NCBI GenBank assembly: GCA_951406725.2 | Contig: OX597819.1 | Location: forward strand, 76,942,001-77,006,000 | From: Octopus vulgaris | Lineage: Eukaryota | Direction: 5' to 3' | DNA length: 64,000 nucleotides | Part shown: in pieces, positions 62,062 through 64,000 of the stretch | How the letters are laid out: each line of letters starts with the position of its first letter | Numbering within the stretch: position 1 is the first letter of the stretch | Notes under the pieces: generated by a model | Databases searched by the model: none | The model's input: only the letters and a program-made list of their open reading frames with translations | What the model was told of the DNA's origin: nothing | Translations under genes and position numbers: made by a program

Positions 62062-63116
62062 ACACACACACACATTTATATATATTCATATTTCTATAAA
62101 ATACATGTATATATTATATACATGTGTGTGTGTATAAATATATGTATGTATGTATGTATGTATTATAAACTGCCTACCCATTGTATTGTATAGTGCAAGT
62201 GACTGAGAATTCCACACTTATGCATATACTCATACTCACACATATACATACATGAATACATTTTGCATACACATAATCATATATATATATACATGTGTTT
62301 ATGAGAGAGAAAGAAAATGTGTGTTTGTATGTGTATGCAAGCGTGTGTTTGAGGAGAGAGATAATTCTGTGATATCCTGTTGTTTTTAACAGTTTTATGT
62401 TATATGTTGTGACTCTGCTGCTGTCTCTATACACAACCACACCAGAAGCTGGTCACATGTTATTTGTATATAACAATGTAATATATGCAATTGATTTGCC
62501 ACTATTTTAATCAGCAGCATATGGTGTTCATTCATCATGATAAAGAACAGGATGCATTATTGATTCTCCGTCTTAATTCTGCTGGTACATTTAGCTCATA
62601 GCTGTGAAGTATGAATGAATCAAGCAATGTATCTGAGAAATCAATAACTCATGAGTATTTAAATAAAACACAAAAATAGTTTGAATACTTATAACTGGTT
62701 TTTGTATCACTAAAATTGTGAAACTTGGGCGCTCCTTAGTAACAACGAATGATGTGATTGGGTATTGCCCCCTAAACTCTGTGAGCATTCATACCAGACA
62801 TTATGATGTTTGTGTTCTTGGAGAATGTAATTAAGAGTTTCTAATTAATTGCAAGTTGAATGGTGAGAGTGATAAAGTAGCAGGACTTCATAATTGATGA
62901 GTGTGACTAAAGCTCACTTAGCTGTATATAGTTTGTACAATGATAAAGCTAACCAAAGTTAGCTTAATATGCATGCTTTCCATGGTTGATGTACTTCATT
63001 GGTTTATGGAAGGGTGATGGACAACTTACAGTGTGTGTATGTGTATATATAGTAATAATAGGGATTCAAAGAATCACCAAGTGTATAGCTAACAAGAACG
63101 ACTGTAGTTGAGATAG

Positions 63117-63346
63117 GGCGGTGAGCTGGCAGAAGCATTAGCACACTGCAAAGTGCTTTGCGGTATTTCGTCTGCCGTTACGTTCTGAGTTCAAATTCTG
63201 CCGAGGTCGACTTTGCCTTTCATCCTTTTGGGGTCGATTAAATAAGTACCAGTTACGCACTGGGGTCGATATAATCGACTTAATCCGTGTGTCTGTCCTT
63301 GTTTGTCCCCTCTGTGTTTAGCCCCTTGTGGGTAGTAAAGAAATAG
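63117..63346 (+). mobile_element. SINE family B, young
   Basis: ggcggtgagctggcagaa...gttctgagttcaaattctgccgaggtcgactttgcctttcatcctttt...gtaaagaaatag. Confidence 0.92.
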
Positions 63347-63366
63347 ATAAAGGTATTTTGACTATA

Positions 63367-63626
63367 AAAAAAAATAAATGCACCCTTTTAAAGCTTAGCT
63401 AGGCTCATGGGCCCGGTTTCCCAGTTTCAATGGTGTATGTGTTCCCCAGCTGGGCAGGACGCCAGTCCATCGCAGCATTACTCATTTTTGCCAGCTGAGT
63501 GGACTGGAGCAACATGAAATGAAATGTTTTGCTCAAGAACACAATGCGTCATCCAGTCCAGGAATCGAAACCACAATCTTACGATCATGATACTGACACC
63601 CTAACCGCTAAGCCACGCACCTCCAC
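63367..63626 (-). mobile_element. SINE family C with 12-bp TSD
   Basis: tRNA-like head gtggaggtgcgtggcttagcggttagg...ggtttcgattcct; TSD attttgactata at 63355-63366 and 63627-63638. Confidence 0.9.
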
Positions 63627-64000
63627 ATTTTGACTATACTGTGATTATTTATTGCTTTTCCCTCTGAATTTGTAAGGTTCTATGGCCATTGCCTCCTTAA
63701 AGTAAATCACAAATGGCAAAATGCTGAGTACATTATTGCTTGTGGATATATCTGGAGTCAGCCTCTCTGTAGTAGTTGTAGTTGCTGTTTTCAGCTACAA
63801 TCAATCATTCCGAGGATTAGTCTGTTGGTACTCATATCAACACCCTTCTATGTTTGAGTATACTAATTTACCCACAGCTATTATATAAGTAACAAGATTA
63901 TGAAACAACTGTAAATGAATGGAATAAACATCTAATCTCTCATTTCACCTCACCTCTGTTATCTGTGATATCATATATAGGCACAAGTGTGGTTGTCTAA

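Noticed and set aside
63540-63626. tRNA genes
   Set aside because: The A/B-box sequences are SINE heads continuing into SINE bodies with TSDs; there is no complete cloverleaf.

Overview
This is AT-rich, microsatellite-dense eukaryotic DNA with no complete host gene. The tRNA-derived SINE families resemble those of octopus, so I infer a cephalopod intron or intergenic region; the T/GT-rich + strand would fit a long + strand intron. The main object is a young Penelope-like retroelement (9448-12421, minus strand, Naiad-like RT plus C-terminal GIY-YIG endonuclease) inserted in a (TA)n microsatellite. It carries (1) a complete type I hammerhead ribozyme in its 3' pseudo-LTR (9657-9750), (2) a perfect 72-bp inverted copy of that pLTR at its truncated 5' end, starting essentially at the predicted ribozyme cleavage site, (3) two long unusual linker insertions, and (4) a 1-nt frameshift that hides the endonuclease C-terminus (CNLC..E..N..CPH). 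A second short (TA)n-inserted family with a variant hammerhead-like core (19062, 47828) and two long fold-backs (19551, 61869) repeat the theme. The rest consists of SINEs, piggyBac, mariner and 8-bp-TSD MITEs, decayed RTE, CR1 and Hero LINE fragments, an old local duplication and a few low-confidence candidate exons. Nearly all short ORFs in the track are repeat artefacts. All calls were made by eye, with no database search.
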